Origin: an uncultured Actinomycetota bacterium
GTDB taxonomy: Bacteria > Actinomycetota > Actinomycetes > Actinomycetales > Microbacteriaceae
DNA: 64,000 bases
NCBI GenBank assembly: GCA_963830655.1
Contig: CAWHND010000011.1
Location: 28,505 to 92,504 of the forward strand
Direction of reading: 5' to 3'
Under the pieces are notes generated by a model. That model was given only the letters and a program-made list of their open reading frames with translations, did not search any database and was not told the DNA's origin. Position 1 is the first letter of the stretch. Each line of letters starts with the position of its first letter. This document shows positions 52,929-63,244 of this stretch, in pieces. A program made the translations under genes and the position numbers.

Positions 52929-53426
52929 GCGACCAGAAGGGCGGGATCCTGCGCGGCTTCCGCGAGTTCATCCTGCGCGGCAACGTCATCGATCTGGCCG
53001 TCGCCGTGGTCATCGGCACGGCCTTCACCGCCATCGTCACGGCCATCGTCAGCTCCATCATCAATCCGCTGATCGGGGCGCTCTTCAACGCGGAGAGCCT
53101 CAGCACGCGCGCTCATCGTCAGCATCCCGACCACGAGTGGCGGCACCGCCAAGATCATGTTCGGCGCCGCGCTCGCAGCGGTGCTCAACTTCGTGATCGT
53201 CGCGGCGGTCGTCTACTTCGCGATCGTGCTGCCCGTCAACCACTTCGCGAAGCTGGCGTTCGCCAAGCAGAAGGCCGTTCCCGAGGCCACGCCCGAGCAC
53301 CTGCCGCCGACCTCGGAGGAGCTGCTCACCGAGATCCGCGACCTGCTCGCCGCGCAGGCGGACTCGAACCTCCGCTCGACCGCCGGCAAGCACGGCACCG
53401 GCGCGATCACCCTTCCCAAGGCCTGA
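52925..53426 (+). CDS. mscL: Large-conductance mechanosensitive channel (frameshifted)
   Basis: [29 protein letters not shown]. Confidence 0.94.
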
Positions 53427-53442
53427 TCCCGGATGTAGTGAT

Positions 53443-53499
53443 CGAGAAGCCGAAAACTGCGGGTATCGCCGACTGATTCCCGCACTTTTCGGCTTTTCG
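53443..53499. repeat. Inverted repeat between convergent genes
   Basis: cgagaagccgaaaactgcggg / cccgcacttttcggcttttcg. Confidence 0.7.
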
Positions 53500-53511
53500 C
53501 CGAGGCCTGAA

Positions 53512-53733
53512 TCAGTAGTGCGGCGGCTTGTCCGCCTTGAGGCGGTCGTCGTTCGGACCGGTCGCATCGCCCCAGCGCCGCTCGTCGTCCTCGGACGAGA
53601 GCACTGGGCGGGCCGCCTGCGGCGTCGGGTCGGATCCGGGCGCCGGCGGGGTGGTCACCCGGCGCGGAACCGGGGGCGGCGCTGCTGTTCGCTCATGACC
53701 TGACGACCCTACCGGCGCAGTCCGCTCGGACAC
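53512..53733 (-). CDS. Small conserved hypothetical protein
   Basis: C-terminal WGD...NDDRLKADKPPHY. Confidence 0.65.
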   Translation of the reverse strand: MSERTAPVGSSGHERTAAPPPVPRRVTTPPAPGSDPTPQAARPVLSSEDDERRWGDATGPNDDRLKADKPPHY

Positions 53734-53821
53734 GGACGAGGAACAGCTGGAACCGCCCGGTTCCGCCGCCGGGAACTCGAGGCAGGCGGCCGCACCGGAC
53801 AGTTCGACGGGGCGAACGCGC

Positions 53822-56800
53822 TCAGTCGCCGTCGATCACGGGAATCGCCTGCGTGTGCGGCTCCAGGTGCTCGAGCTCCCAGCGCGACGGCGATCTTCAG
53901 CGCGACGGATTCGGGGTCGGCGAACAGCTCGAAGCTGTGCACGCGCAGGTAGTGCCAGCCGAGGCGCTTGAGCATCTCGGGACGCAGCCGCAGCGATTCG
54001 CGCAGGCTCGAGCTCTGCGACCGTCGCGTCGGTCTCGATCGCGACGCACGGCCCTCGTAGGACGCGACGAGCCCGAGCGTCCCGCGGTAGTCGAGCGCCG
54101 TCGTGAGGCCGCGGGCGTCGAGCCGGCGGGACAGGTCGACGAGCATCGCATCGGCGTGCTCGACGTCGGAGGGATGCTCGGCGATCCGCTCTTCCGCGTC
54201 CTCCAGCAGCTCCGCCCGAGGGCGAGGACGCCGTGACGACATCCGGTCGGCCGTCGATGTCCTCGGGCCGGAAGCAGGAGAGCGATGACGAGGGAGCGGC
54301 GGGCGCGGGTCACGGCGGACGCGAGCAGACGCTCGCCGCCCGGCTTGCCGAGCGCGCCGAAGTTGGAGAGCATCCGGCCGTGCGGGGTGCGTCCGTAGCC
54401 GATGGAGAAGATGACCCGGTCGCGGCTCTGCGCCACCGCCTGCTCGAGCGTGGTCGACGAGGAACGGCTCCGCCTGCTCGCGCAGGAAGAAGTCGGTGAC
54501 CTCCATGCGCTTCGCGAACGGCGCGAGCACGGCCGGCCTGCACGCGGACGGCGTGCTTCTGGGCTGCGGTGACGACCATCAGCGACTCGCGCGGGCCGGG
54601 TGAGCGCGTGCTCGATGACGAGCTCGACGACCCGGGCGACCTCGGCATCGACGCTCTCGACGGCGCCGGTCTCGGGATCGGGCATGCCGTGGCCGTCCTC
54701 GACGAAGTCGAGCGACGAGGCTGCCGCGACCGAGGAACGTGCCCGCCCAGGGCGTGGACGACGATCTTGCCGCCGTAGAAGCGACGGTTGACCAGCTCGG
54801 CGAGGTCCTCGCCGCCGGCGCGGTAGCTGCGGGTGAGGGTCGAGCGTCGGCAGCAGCTCGCCGAGGCGGGCGAGCGCCGAGTCGGCGTGCCGCGCGTCGA
54901 GCTCGACGCTGTCGACGTGGCTCGTCGACGTGCCGGCGCGGTGAGGTCCTCGACGGCGATGCTGAAGTCGTCCGGCGTCTCGGCGACCGGGTCGCCGAAC
55001 GCCACGATCTGCCTTGCGCGGCGGATGCCGCCGAGGCTCTCGGCCACGCTGACGGCTCCGGCATCGACCAGGAAGACCGCGTCGAACGGGATCTCGTCGG
55101 AGATGCGCGTGCACCTCGTAGGGCGAGGCCAGCCAGACCGGGGCGACGAGCGCGACAGGTGCGGCGCCGACGCGTAGAGCGATCCGGCATCGGCGTCGCT
55201 CGCTGCGCAGCAGGTTCTTGAGCGCGGTGGCCTCGTCGGGCCAGTCGACGAGGCCGATCTTCCAGGTCTCGGCGAGCGCCCAGGCCAGAGCGGCGGGCGG
55301 CGCCGGCGGCGTGGGCCTCGTCGACGAGCCGGAAGTCGGCCTCGAGCCGATCGAGCACGCGGGTGTTGGCGCCGAGCAGCGCGCGGTCCTCGGCGAGCAT
55401 CCGCTCGAGCACCGAGCTGCCACCAGGCGAGCTCGAGCTCGACGCCCACCCGATCCTCGGGGACGTGGCGGCGCGAGAGGTCGTCGAGCAGCGGATCGAG
55501 GTCGAGGTTGCGCAGATTGCCCAGGAGCGCGGTGCGCTCCTGCAGGTTCGTGAGCACCTCGGAGTCGGCGGCGAGCGCCGTGAGCTTGGCGACCAGCTGC
55601 CGATCGGGACGGTCAGCAGCGACTGCCGCCGTGGCCGTCCGGCCGAGCGGCGCGTCGAGCGACGCGAGGTCCTCGGCCACCCGCTGGTAGGCGACCTGGA
55701 CGTCGGCGATGCCGACCGGCACCTCGGGCGGTGACACCCGCGGCGACGAAGCGCTGCCAGAGCATGCGCTGCTGCTGGATGCGCACGAGCGACTCGTGCA
55801 GGTCGGCGACGTGCACGCCGGGACGCACGTACTCGCGGGCGAGCTTCTTGCAGCCGGCGGCGGTTGCCGCCGGACATCCTCGGCGATCGCGGCGCGATGC
55901 CGGTGGCCGCGATGAGCTCGCTGAGCGAGCGGTCGAAGACGGCGGGCTGGAAGCGGTCGAGCGTCTCGCGGATGTCGAGCAGCAGCCGCAGGTAGATGCC
56001 GAGCTCGGCGATGCGTCTCGAACGGCCGCATGCGGGTCGTGCCGACGAGCTCGCTCGGCGCGCTCGAGCAGGCGCGGCAGCTCGGTGTCGTTGAGGCGCT
56101 TCGCGAGTCTGGTGCGCGTTCTGCGCGGCGGCCGAGGTGGGGAAGTCGGCGCCGTACCAGGGCGAGTCGCCGGGGCCGTAGCGGAACTCGCCGAGGCTGG
56201 CCGCGCTTGATCAGGGTCTCTGCGGCGGCATCGCGATCGCGGGCGAGAGCGCTCGATGGCGCGGCGGCGTCGAGCCGCGAGGTGGTCGTGCGGAGGGTTG
56301 GGCAGCAGCGACAGGCGGGCGAGCTCGGCCAGCGCATCGAGCGCACCGAGACGCCGAGCACGGGGTCGCGGCCGAGCGAGCGCCGCGCGGTAGTCGAGCA
56401 GCACGCTGCGCAGGCGCACGAGGGCGTCGTCGACCTCGGCGACGTTGGGCTGGCTGGCCTTCTCGTTGCGGCTGATCGCCTGGATGACGTCGCGGCGCAC
56501 CGTGCGCGGCGAGACGGCGATGCCCTGCAGCCCGATGTCGGCCGAGGCGCGTGCTGACTGCGCGCAGGCTCGCGCGGCGCGGGCTGACGACGAGCACGCG
56601 CTTGTGCTGCGCGACGAGGCGCCGAGCGCGTTCACGATGGTCTGCGTGCCGCCCGTGCCCGGCAGCGTCTTGACGACGAGGGAGTTGCCGGCGGCGATCT
56701 GGGCGACCACGTTCTCCTGCTCGGAGTCGGCGTCGAGCAGCAGGGTGTCGGTGGCGGGAGGACGCTGATCCTGGTGGACGGGGTCGGCGGCCACGTAGGC

Positions 56801-57620
56801 CTCGCCGATCGACCAGCGCGCGGTCGGGTTGCCGGCGAGCGCGTCGAGCACCGGGTGCTCGAGCTTCGTCGGCGTCGCGCCAGCATCTTGGCGCGAGACC
56901 TCGGCGAACGAGGAGACGACCAGCCGCGGCTGCACGTTGAACCAGGCGAGCTGACTGGTGAGGGCGCGCAGCCGGTCGATGACCGGCTGCGGCTTGAACG
57001 AGCCGCCGCGAGGTGGCGAGCGCGACGAACGCGTCGGCGTCGAGGGTCACGCCGAACTGCTCGCGGAGCGCGCGGGCGAGTGCGGGGTTGAGGTACGGAG
57101 CGCCCTTCAGGCGCAGCTCGAAGTCCCGGCCGTACCGGCGCAGCGCGATCGGGCGCAGCAGGATCGGCGCGCGATACTCCTTCTTCGTCGTGCTCCACTC
57201 GGCGATGCCGATGCCGAGCTGGATCGAGTCGATGCCGCGAGTGGCGCTGAGTTCGACGCCCTTGGCGGTGATGTTCGAGGCGGCGACGGACGCGCTGCGG
57301 AAGGCGAGGTCGTCGCGGATCAGGCTGGAGAGCAGGGTCGTCTTGCCGGTGATGAACTGGGCGAGGCCGCCGGGGTGGGTCGTGCTCAGCTCGATGCGCA
57401 CGCGCGGGGAGTCGTCGAAGTGCAGCAGCGGCGACGGCCCGCCGAGTGCGGCGATCTGCTCGCGCCAGGTCTCCCAGACGGGCTCGGCGACGTTGACCGA
57501 CGGGACGCGTCCATCCCCTGTGCTCACCGAGACGGGAGAGGTCGAATTGCTCAGCGGGTGCACGGGAACGGTGTCCGCGAGGTTCACCTCGTCACCCATT
57601 CGTCGATCTGCACGCCACAC
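53822..57620 (-). CDS. Large DUF4011/SF1-helicase-like protein with C-terminal REase-like domain (heavily frameshifted)
   Basis: SPLLHF, DADSEQ, LPGTGGTQT, LTRSYR, TRARRS, LGWHYLRV. Confidence 0.75.
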
Positions 57621-57717
57621 AGTGCAAGAGTATGAGGAGGCGAACGGGAACGCCGGGAGGCAGGCGCGAGTTTCGCGATGTCGAAGGAACGCTCGGCCCG
57701 AACAGCCGGAACGCCTC

Positions 57718-57779
57718 CGCGAGTTGACATTTGTGGTGGGTGCAGCGGCCCTAGAACCCACCACTACTGCCAACTCACG
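57718..57779. repeat. Hairpin of repeat family B (contains the gene's TAG)
   Basis: cgcgagttgacatttgtggtgggt ... acccaccactactgccaactcacg. Confidence 0.9.
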
Positions 57780-58660
57780 TCGCCCAGGGCCTCCCTGACG
57801 CGTGCGATCAGCTTCCCTGAACGCGCCAGCAGGTGCTTGTCGACGCGGATGACGCGCCAGCCCTCCGCCATGATGGCATCCAGTCTGTCGACGTCGATGG
57901 CGAACTGTCGGTCATCGGTGCGGTGCTGCTCCCCGTCGTACTCGACGACCACGCGGGCAGCCCGGTACACGAGGTCGCCGTGGAAGACCCCCGTCCGAGT
58001 CTGAATGACCCCATTCACCTCAGGCTCGGCAAGACCCGCACGCACCAGGAGCAGACGAAGGACCGTTTCCTGGGCGGAATCGGTATCTGGACGAAGCTCG
58101 GATAGGGCGCTTCGAAGGCGAGATGCGCCGCGTTGACCCGCCACCCCGTCGACCGCCCGGGTGAGCCGATTCAGAGTCGCTCGCGGCGACTTGCGGGAAA
58201 GCAGACCGTCGCCCATCACGATGAGGTCTGTGATGGACAGCGTGGCACCGAGAGCGATCCACGTGTCGGTGGGTGCACTCACCCGCATCGATCCGCTGGT
58301 CACGACTGTCGGCACGGTGTCGACGCGATGCCCAACGATCCCCTCAGCACGAGGCGCTCGGCGTGGCTTCACCGACGTGACATGCAGAACGTCTTCCCGG
58401 AACCCTCGCGGCAGGCGCATCCGGAAGAGGGCTGCGGCCGTCGTGTGGCTGAAGAACTGATCCCCGCGCAACAGGGGCAGATACGCGCGAGCTCGCTCCA
58501 GCGTGGACTTCGGCTCAGCCGTGACTCGGACACCTCGATGAGGTGCCGCCAGATCTTTAGCGCGCAGACGGGACCGCGATGCTCCCAGTTCCGCTGCCGC
58601 ACCCACCGAGAATGCTGGACCCATGCCCTCGGGAAGATCGGATTTCTGCGACACGCGCAC
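57764..58660 (-). CDS. AbiEi-like plus DUF559 (Vsr-like) nuclease domain protein
   Basis: FSHTTAAAL, DSAQETVLR, GDLVY, VVEYDGEQH, GWRVIRV. Confidence 0.85.
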   Translation of the reverse strand: MRVSQKSDLPEGMGPAFSVGAAAELGASRSRLRAKDLAAPHRGVRVTAEPKSTLERARAYLPLLRGDQFFSHTTAAALFRMRLPRGFREDVLHVTSVKPRRAPRAEGIVGHRVDTVPTVVTSGSMRVSAPTDTWIALGATLSITDLIVMGDGLLSRKSPRATLNRLTRAVDGVAGQRGASRLRSALSELRPDTDSAQETVLRLLLVRAGLAEPEVNGVIQTRTGVFHGDLVYRAARVVVEYDGEQHRTDDRQFAIDVDRLDAIMAEGWRVIRVDKHLLARSGKLIARVREALGDVSWQ

Positions 58661-58730
58661 ATCGTGGGCGAGCCGACCATCTCGTGCGGGTTACCCACAG
58701 CCCATGTGACTTACTCACAAGCTCGGCGTT

Positions 58731-58791
58731 CGTGAGTTGACAGTTGTGGTGGGTGTGGACGTTCGCACACCCACCACGACTGTCAACTCAC
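58731..58791. repeat. Hairpin of repeat family B
   Basis: gtgagttgacagttgtggtgggtgtg ... cacacccaccacgactgtcaactcac. Confidence 0.9.
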
Positions 58792-59177
58792 TGGCGGAGG
58801 GAACGGAGGACCGCTACGGCGTCCTCGGCCCTCAGCTCGGGGACCAGGATGTGGTCGTGGAAGTGGCCGGCAAGGACATTGCAGCTGATGCCTGCTTCGG
58901 TGAGCACGCGGGAGAAGGCTGCCGTGAGGCCTACGCCCTCCAGCGCCGTGTGCACGTCGAGGGTGATCCAGGACAGGGTGAGCTCATATGCGAGGCCGTG
59001 GTCGTCGGCGTCCTGGCGGCGCAGGATGACGGTCGTTCCCTCCGCCTCGTGGATGGTCGCGAGCGCGGGAAGCTCACGCGCCGCGCGGGCATCAACGGTG
59101 ACGTAGACAACGGATTCCGGTCGCAGCTCCACCTCGAGCGAGGCGAGGATGGCGTCGAGATCGGTGAGTCCGCTCAT
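58788..59177 (-). CDS. ACT-domain protein (DUF2241-like)
   Basis: EAEGTT, ITLDVHTALEGVGLTA, ISCNVLAGHFHDH. Confidence 0.88.
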   Translation of the reverse strand: MSGLTDLDAILASLEVELRPESVVYVTVDARAARELPALATIHEAEGTTVILRRQDADDHGLAYELTLSWITLDVHTALEGVGLTAAFSRVLTEAGISCNVLAGHFHDHILVPELRAEDAVAVLRSLRQ

Positions 59178-59262
59178 CCGCGCAGTCTGTCACGGGTCTC
59201 AGGCAAGGAGCCGTTCATGGCGATGGGATGGGCGATGGGATGGGGCGCGCTTCAGGCTGGCC

Positions 59263-60402
59263 TCATGACCTGTTGGCGTCGCGCTGTGGAAGCCAGACGC
59301 CCATAGTGACCGGCTGCAGGGTCGCGTCGACGGCGGCGCCCAGCTCGGCGGCGGCGGTGTGCGGATCCGCGTCGTTGCGCAGGCGTTCACCGAAGGCGTC
59401 GACCACTTTCTGAGCGCTGTATCGAGCACGGTCGAAACGGCGATCGACCAGCCTCTGGACCCTCCGGAGGACGGGGAGGAAGAGCGCGGCGGCAGCGAGG
59501 GTCGCCAGCGCTACAGAGACTGACGGCAGTTTCGGCAGGATCGCGGAGATCGCCACGACGACGAGTGCATACGCGCCGATCACCAGTGCGGTCACGACTG
59601 CGTACGAGAGGCCGCGAGAGATGATCCGGTCGATGTCGTACAGCCGGAATCGAAGCACTGCGATGGTGATGGCGATGGGGAGGAAGGCTACGGCTACGGC
59701 AATGCCGATCTGAACCACGGGGCTCGCGTAGTACGCGGCAACGGCGAATGGAGTGACGATCACGAAGAGTGCCGTGGCGAACGCGACCCACTTCAGCTGC
59801 TGCCGCTCGGTCTGACCTCCCACACGATACCGAGAGGCGAGCGCTGCCACCGCAGAGATGAAGCTCACGACGATGAGCAGCTGGGTGCCGGCGGTGATCA
59901 CGTCCGCGACGGGGCCATCCACAGCGATCGGGTTGGGCCCATCGCTGCCTGGTCGCCGCACGGAGTGGCTGAACGCCGATGCGACTGGACTCAGCAGCAC
60001 ATCCGCCGCAGCGAGCCAGAAGGGGAAGCGCCAGCGCCGAGAGGGGATCACGCCCGTCGGGAAGATCATCAGCAGAACCGGCAACATCCCGATCATTGCA
60101 AAGGGCAGGGACGTCGCCGACCAGCCCGCGACGTCCGATGCCGGAAGCTCGGGTCGCTGCCCCCATCCCTCCAACACGTTGATGAGGCTGCACATCAACG
60201 CGATCACGATCATGATCCAGCCGATGGGATTTCGTTTCACCTTCACCGCCACAAGCGTTCCCGTCACAGCGAATGCGGCCGCGACCAGCGTGTACGTGAC
60301 GGTGTTGTAGATCGGCTCCTCCCCGAGCGACAGCGGCACCGACGCTATTGTTGCGGCCAGCGCCGTCGCGCCGAGCACTACCGCCAACAGTTGGGGCTTC
60401 AT
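59263..60402 (-). CDS. Multi-TM sensor-like membrane protein, paralog 1
   Basis: RNPIGW, FPTG..PSRRWR, RQQLKW, RLYDIDRII, VDRRFDRARY; no kinase domain. Confidence 0.8.
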   Translation of the reverse strand: MKPQLLAVVLGATALAATIASVPLSLGEEPIYNTVTYTLVAAAFAVTGTLVAVKVKRNPIGWIMIVIALMCSLINVLEGWGQRPELPASDVAGWSATSLPFAMIGMLPVLLMIFPTGVIPSRRWRFPFWLAAADVLLSPVASAFSHSVRRPGSDGPNPIAVDGPVADVITAGTQLLIVVSFISAVAALASRYRVGGQTERQQLKWVAFATALFVIVTPFAVAAYYASPVVQIGIAVAVAFLPIAITIAVLRFRLYDIDRIISRGLSYAVVTALVIGAYALVVVAISAILPKLPSVSVALATLAAAALFLPVLRRVQRLVDRRFDRARYSAQKVVDAFGERLRNDADPHTAAAELGAAVDATLQPVTMGVWLPQRDANRS

Positions 60403-60457
60403 GACGCGATCGGGCCCACGAACGGCCGATCCGTCGCTCCAGGAGCAGCGGTGCACG

Positions 60458-61735
60458 TCATGCCCTTCTCACGTCCAACGATTCGCCGCTATCGGCAATC
60501 CACAGCCCCAACGCTGTCGGCTGGAGGGTGGCCTCGACGGCGGCGCCGAGGTCCGCCGCCGCGGTGTGGGGATCTGCGCCGTTGCGCAGCCGCTCGCCGA
60601 ACGCGTCGACGACCTTCGCCTGGTCGTACCGGGCGCGGTCGAAGCGCCGATCGACGATGCGCTGCACGCCACGGAGGACAGGAAGGAACAGTGCCGCCGC
60701 CGCCAACGTCGCAAGCGCCACCGCGACAGAAGGCAGGCTGGGCAGGACCGCGGTGATCCCGACCACGACGAGCGCGTAGGTGCCGACCACGACGAGCGTC
60801 ACGATTGCATACGACGCGGTGCGCGAGATGATCCGGTCGATGTCATACAGGCGGTAGCGAAGAACGGCTACCACGACGGCGACGGGGATGAGTGCATAAC
60901 CCAGCAGGATCCAGCTCTGGACTGCCTCCCAGCCGGGCACCCAGGAGAGGATCAGCACTCCGACTGCGAAGGCCACGGCGAAGAAGACCCATCGAAGCTG
61001 CGCGGCCTTGACGGCATCCGCACGCCGATATCGGACGAAGAGTGAGAGTGCGGAGCCCCCGAAGGACGCCAGCATCGTCGCGAAGCAGGCGAATGTGAGC
61101 AGCTGCCCGACATCGGAATCCCCGACGTGAATCGGGTTGGCGACGCCGGGAAAGACCTCGACACTCACGGTCGCGAAGACGCAGGTGGTCAGCACGAGCG
61201 TCAATACGGTGAATCGTGAGAACCACCGCCAGCGCCTGGAAGGAAGGCGTCCATCGGGAAAGCGCAGCGGGATCTGACTGAGCAGCAGCCAGACCGGCGG
61301 GATCCAGGCCCATGTGTCCTCGCGATCGTGGCCGTACCACAGCAGCCAGGCCGCCGCATCGGGCGCTGTCGCCAGCACCGCCTGTCCCACCAGGTCGACA
61401 GGCGGTCCAGAGCAGAAGAACCCCGGAACGGCGAGGAGCAGCCAGCCGAGCGGGTGGCCCGGCCGCTTCCAGGCGAGAAGCCACCCGACGACGATCAAGA
61501 TGGCGAGCAGGAGAAGGTAGGGCACCGCACTGAAACCGAACCCCGTGGCCTGGATTCCGACGATCGCAGTGACGACGAAGGCAGCGAGGATGAGCACGGT
61601 GAGCGCGTGCGCGAGCCACTGCGGACCGACCGAGTCATCCCGCATGGCCTCCCGCCCATGGCGCGACTCGCCGTCGAGGTTCATGAGCCCACGACCTGAG
61701 CCGGCGTCGGCCCTGGCTTCGACCTCTGCGGTCAT
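60458..61735 (-). CDS. Multi-TM sensor-like membrane protein, paralog 2
   Basis: HPLGW, FPDGRLPSRRWR, QLRW, RLYDIDRII, VDRRFDRARY. Confidence 0.8.
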   Translation of the reverse strand: MTAEVEARADAGSGRGLMNLDGESRHGREAMRDDSVGPQWLAHALTVLILAAFVVTAIVGIQATGFGFSAVPYLLLLAILIVVGWLLAWKRPGHPLGWLLLAVPGFFCSGPPVDLVGQAVLATAPDAAAWLLWYGHDREDTWAWIPPVWLLLSQIPLRFPDGRLPSRRWRWFSRFTVLTLVLTTCVFATVSVEVFPGVANPIHVGDSDVGQLLTFACFATMLASFGGSALSLFVRYRRADAVKAAQLRWVFFAVAFAVGVLILSWVPGWEAVQSWILLGYALIPVAVVVAVLRYRLYDIDRIISRTASYAIVTLVVVGTYALVVVGITAVLPSLPSVAVALATLAAAALFLPVLRGVQRIVDRRFDRARYDQAKVVDAFGERLRNGADPHTAAADLGAAVEATLQPTALGLWIADSGESLDVRRA

Positions 61736-62486
61736 CGTCGGCCCTCTCCCCCGCGATGCTCCGCGGTGATGGCCCCTGCGGGAGAGCGGCGCGAGCGCAC
61801 AGGGGCGGTGACCGTGTGCCAGGCCGTCCGCATGGCGCTGTTGTTGCGCACATTGCGCCAGTTCTTCCAGATGCGGCCGCGGTCGATGCAGTCGGTCGCC
61901 GACGAGATGACCGCGTCGTGCACCCCATGCGCAGCGGCCAGATTCTTCAGCGTGCCCGGCCAGAACACGTCCTCCGCCCGCTTCGCGACGGGCCACATCA
62001 TCTCGAACAGCGGATCCGACGTGCGCAGCAGCATCCGTATGGATGCCAGCGTCCCGCCGGTCTCGAGCGTCTCGCCCGCGAAGGTGATCATCGCCGCGAA
62101 CATGTGACCCTCTGGTGTGAGGAAGGAGAAGGAGGTGTCGTCCGCGTAGAGCACCATGATCCCGGTCGTCACCCCGCCAGCCGTCAAGGGCGCGACGTCG
62201 CCTGGCTGAATGGAGGTCACAGACCCGTGGAAACGCCCGCTCCTCGGCCAGAAGTCCCCGAATCGCGCGCGCCAGTCTGCAACGAGGGCCTCGGGCGTGA
62301 CAGCCGTGCCGAGGTCGGCCGTGTATGTGCGCTGCCAGAGCCGACCGAAGCCCTGCTGAGGGCCTGCGATCCGCTTGCCCTCGATGTTGTAGCCGTGCTT
62401 CTGCTGGGCTTCGGCCACGGTGAGCCGGTCGACTTTCGCGGCCCAGAATGCGGCGTCGCGGGGTGTCTGCCACTCTGTTCGGTCAT
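61732..62486 (-). CDS. Hypothetical protein (possibly SRPBCC/DUF1990-like; start uncertain)
   Basis: GFGRLWQRTY, FLTPEGHMFA; stop overlaps the downstream start. Confidence 0.65.
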
Positions 62487-62521
62487 CGTCCGCTTCCTCT
62501 GGCTGATGCTGCGTGGTCTGC

Positions 62522-62872
62522 TCAGCGCGCTGCGAGCGCGGCTTCGGCGGTGTCGTGCAGGCTGATCGCCTCGTCGAGACGGGTCAGCTCGAAGATCTGC
62601 CGGTAGTGATCCGTGAGACCGATCGCGGCTAGGCGCTGGTGGCGGCGCTGACAGCGCACGAGCAGGGTGACGAGCATGCCGATGCCGCCACTGTTCATGT
62701 AGTCCATGCCGGCGAAGTCGAGCACGATGAACTTCGCCCCGGTGTCCGTCGCCTCTTCATGCGCGGTCATCAGCGCCTGCTCGCAGGCGGCGGTCACGTC
62801 TCCGCTGATCGCGATGACTGCTGCGCCGGGTTTCAAGGTTGCGACCTTCATGGTCGCGGCGGTGGTCGCCAT
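62522..62872 (-). CDS. STAS anti-sigma-factor antagonist
   Basis: LDFAGMDYMNSGGIG, IFELTRL. Confidence 0.9.
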   Translation of the reverse strand: MATTAATMKVATLKPGAAVIAISGDVTAACEQALMTAHEEATDTGAKFIVLDFAGMDYMNSGGIGMLVTLLVRCQRRHQRLAAIGLTDHYRQIFELTRLDEAISLHDTAEAALAAR

Positions 62873-62905
62873 GGTTCCTTGCTCCTTGCTGCCGGCAGGC
62901 CGGCT

Positions 62906-63244
62906 CTAGCGGACGGATGGATCGAGTTCGAGGGGCTCGACGATCTCGATGAAGTCGCTCAGCCGGGTGATCTCGAAGATGTGCCGGTAGTGATCGGTGA
63001 GACCCGCCGCGCGAAGGGCACGCTTGTTCGCTCGCGCTTTGGCGAGGAGGCCGACGATGAGAGCGATGCCGGTCGAGTTGATGTACTCCACGTCGATGAA
63101 GTCGAGTTCGATGGTGCCCGTGCCGCTGGTGGCGGCCGCGGCATATGCCTGATCGAGCATGCTCCCGGCCTCGCGGTCGATGCGGCCGCTCAGCTGGACG
63201 ACGATGACCTCATCCCGGGCGCCGAGCTGGAACTGCAGGCTCAT
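62906..63244 (-). CDS. STAS anti-sigma-factor antagonist
   Basis: LDFIDVEYINSTGIA, IFEITRL. Confidence 0.9.
   Translation of the reverse strand: MSLQFQLGARDEVIVVQLSGRIDREAGSMLDQAYAAAATSGTGTIELDFIDVEYINSTGIALIVGLLAKARANKRALRAAGLTDHYRHIFEITRLSDFIEIVEPLELDPSVR

Noticed and set aside
60458-62473. 671-aa single ORF
   Set aside because: The N-terminal third overlaps the real upstream gene in another frame; the likely start is 61735.
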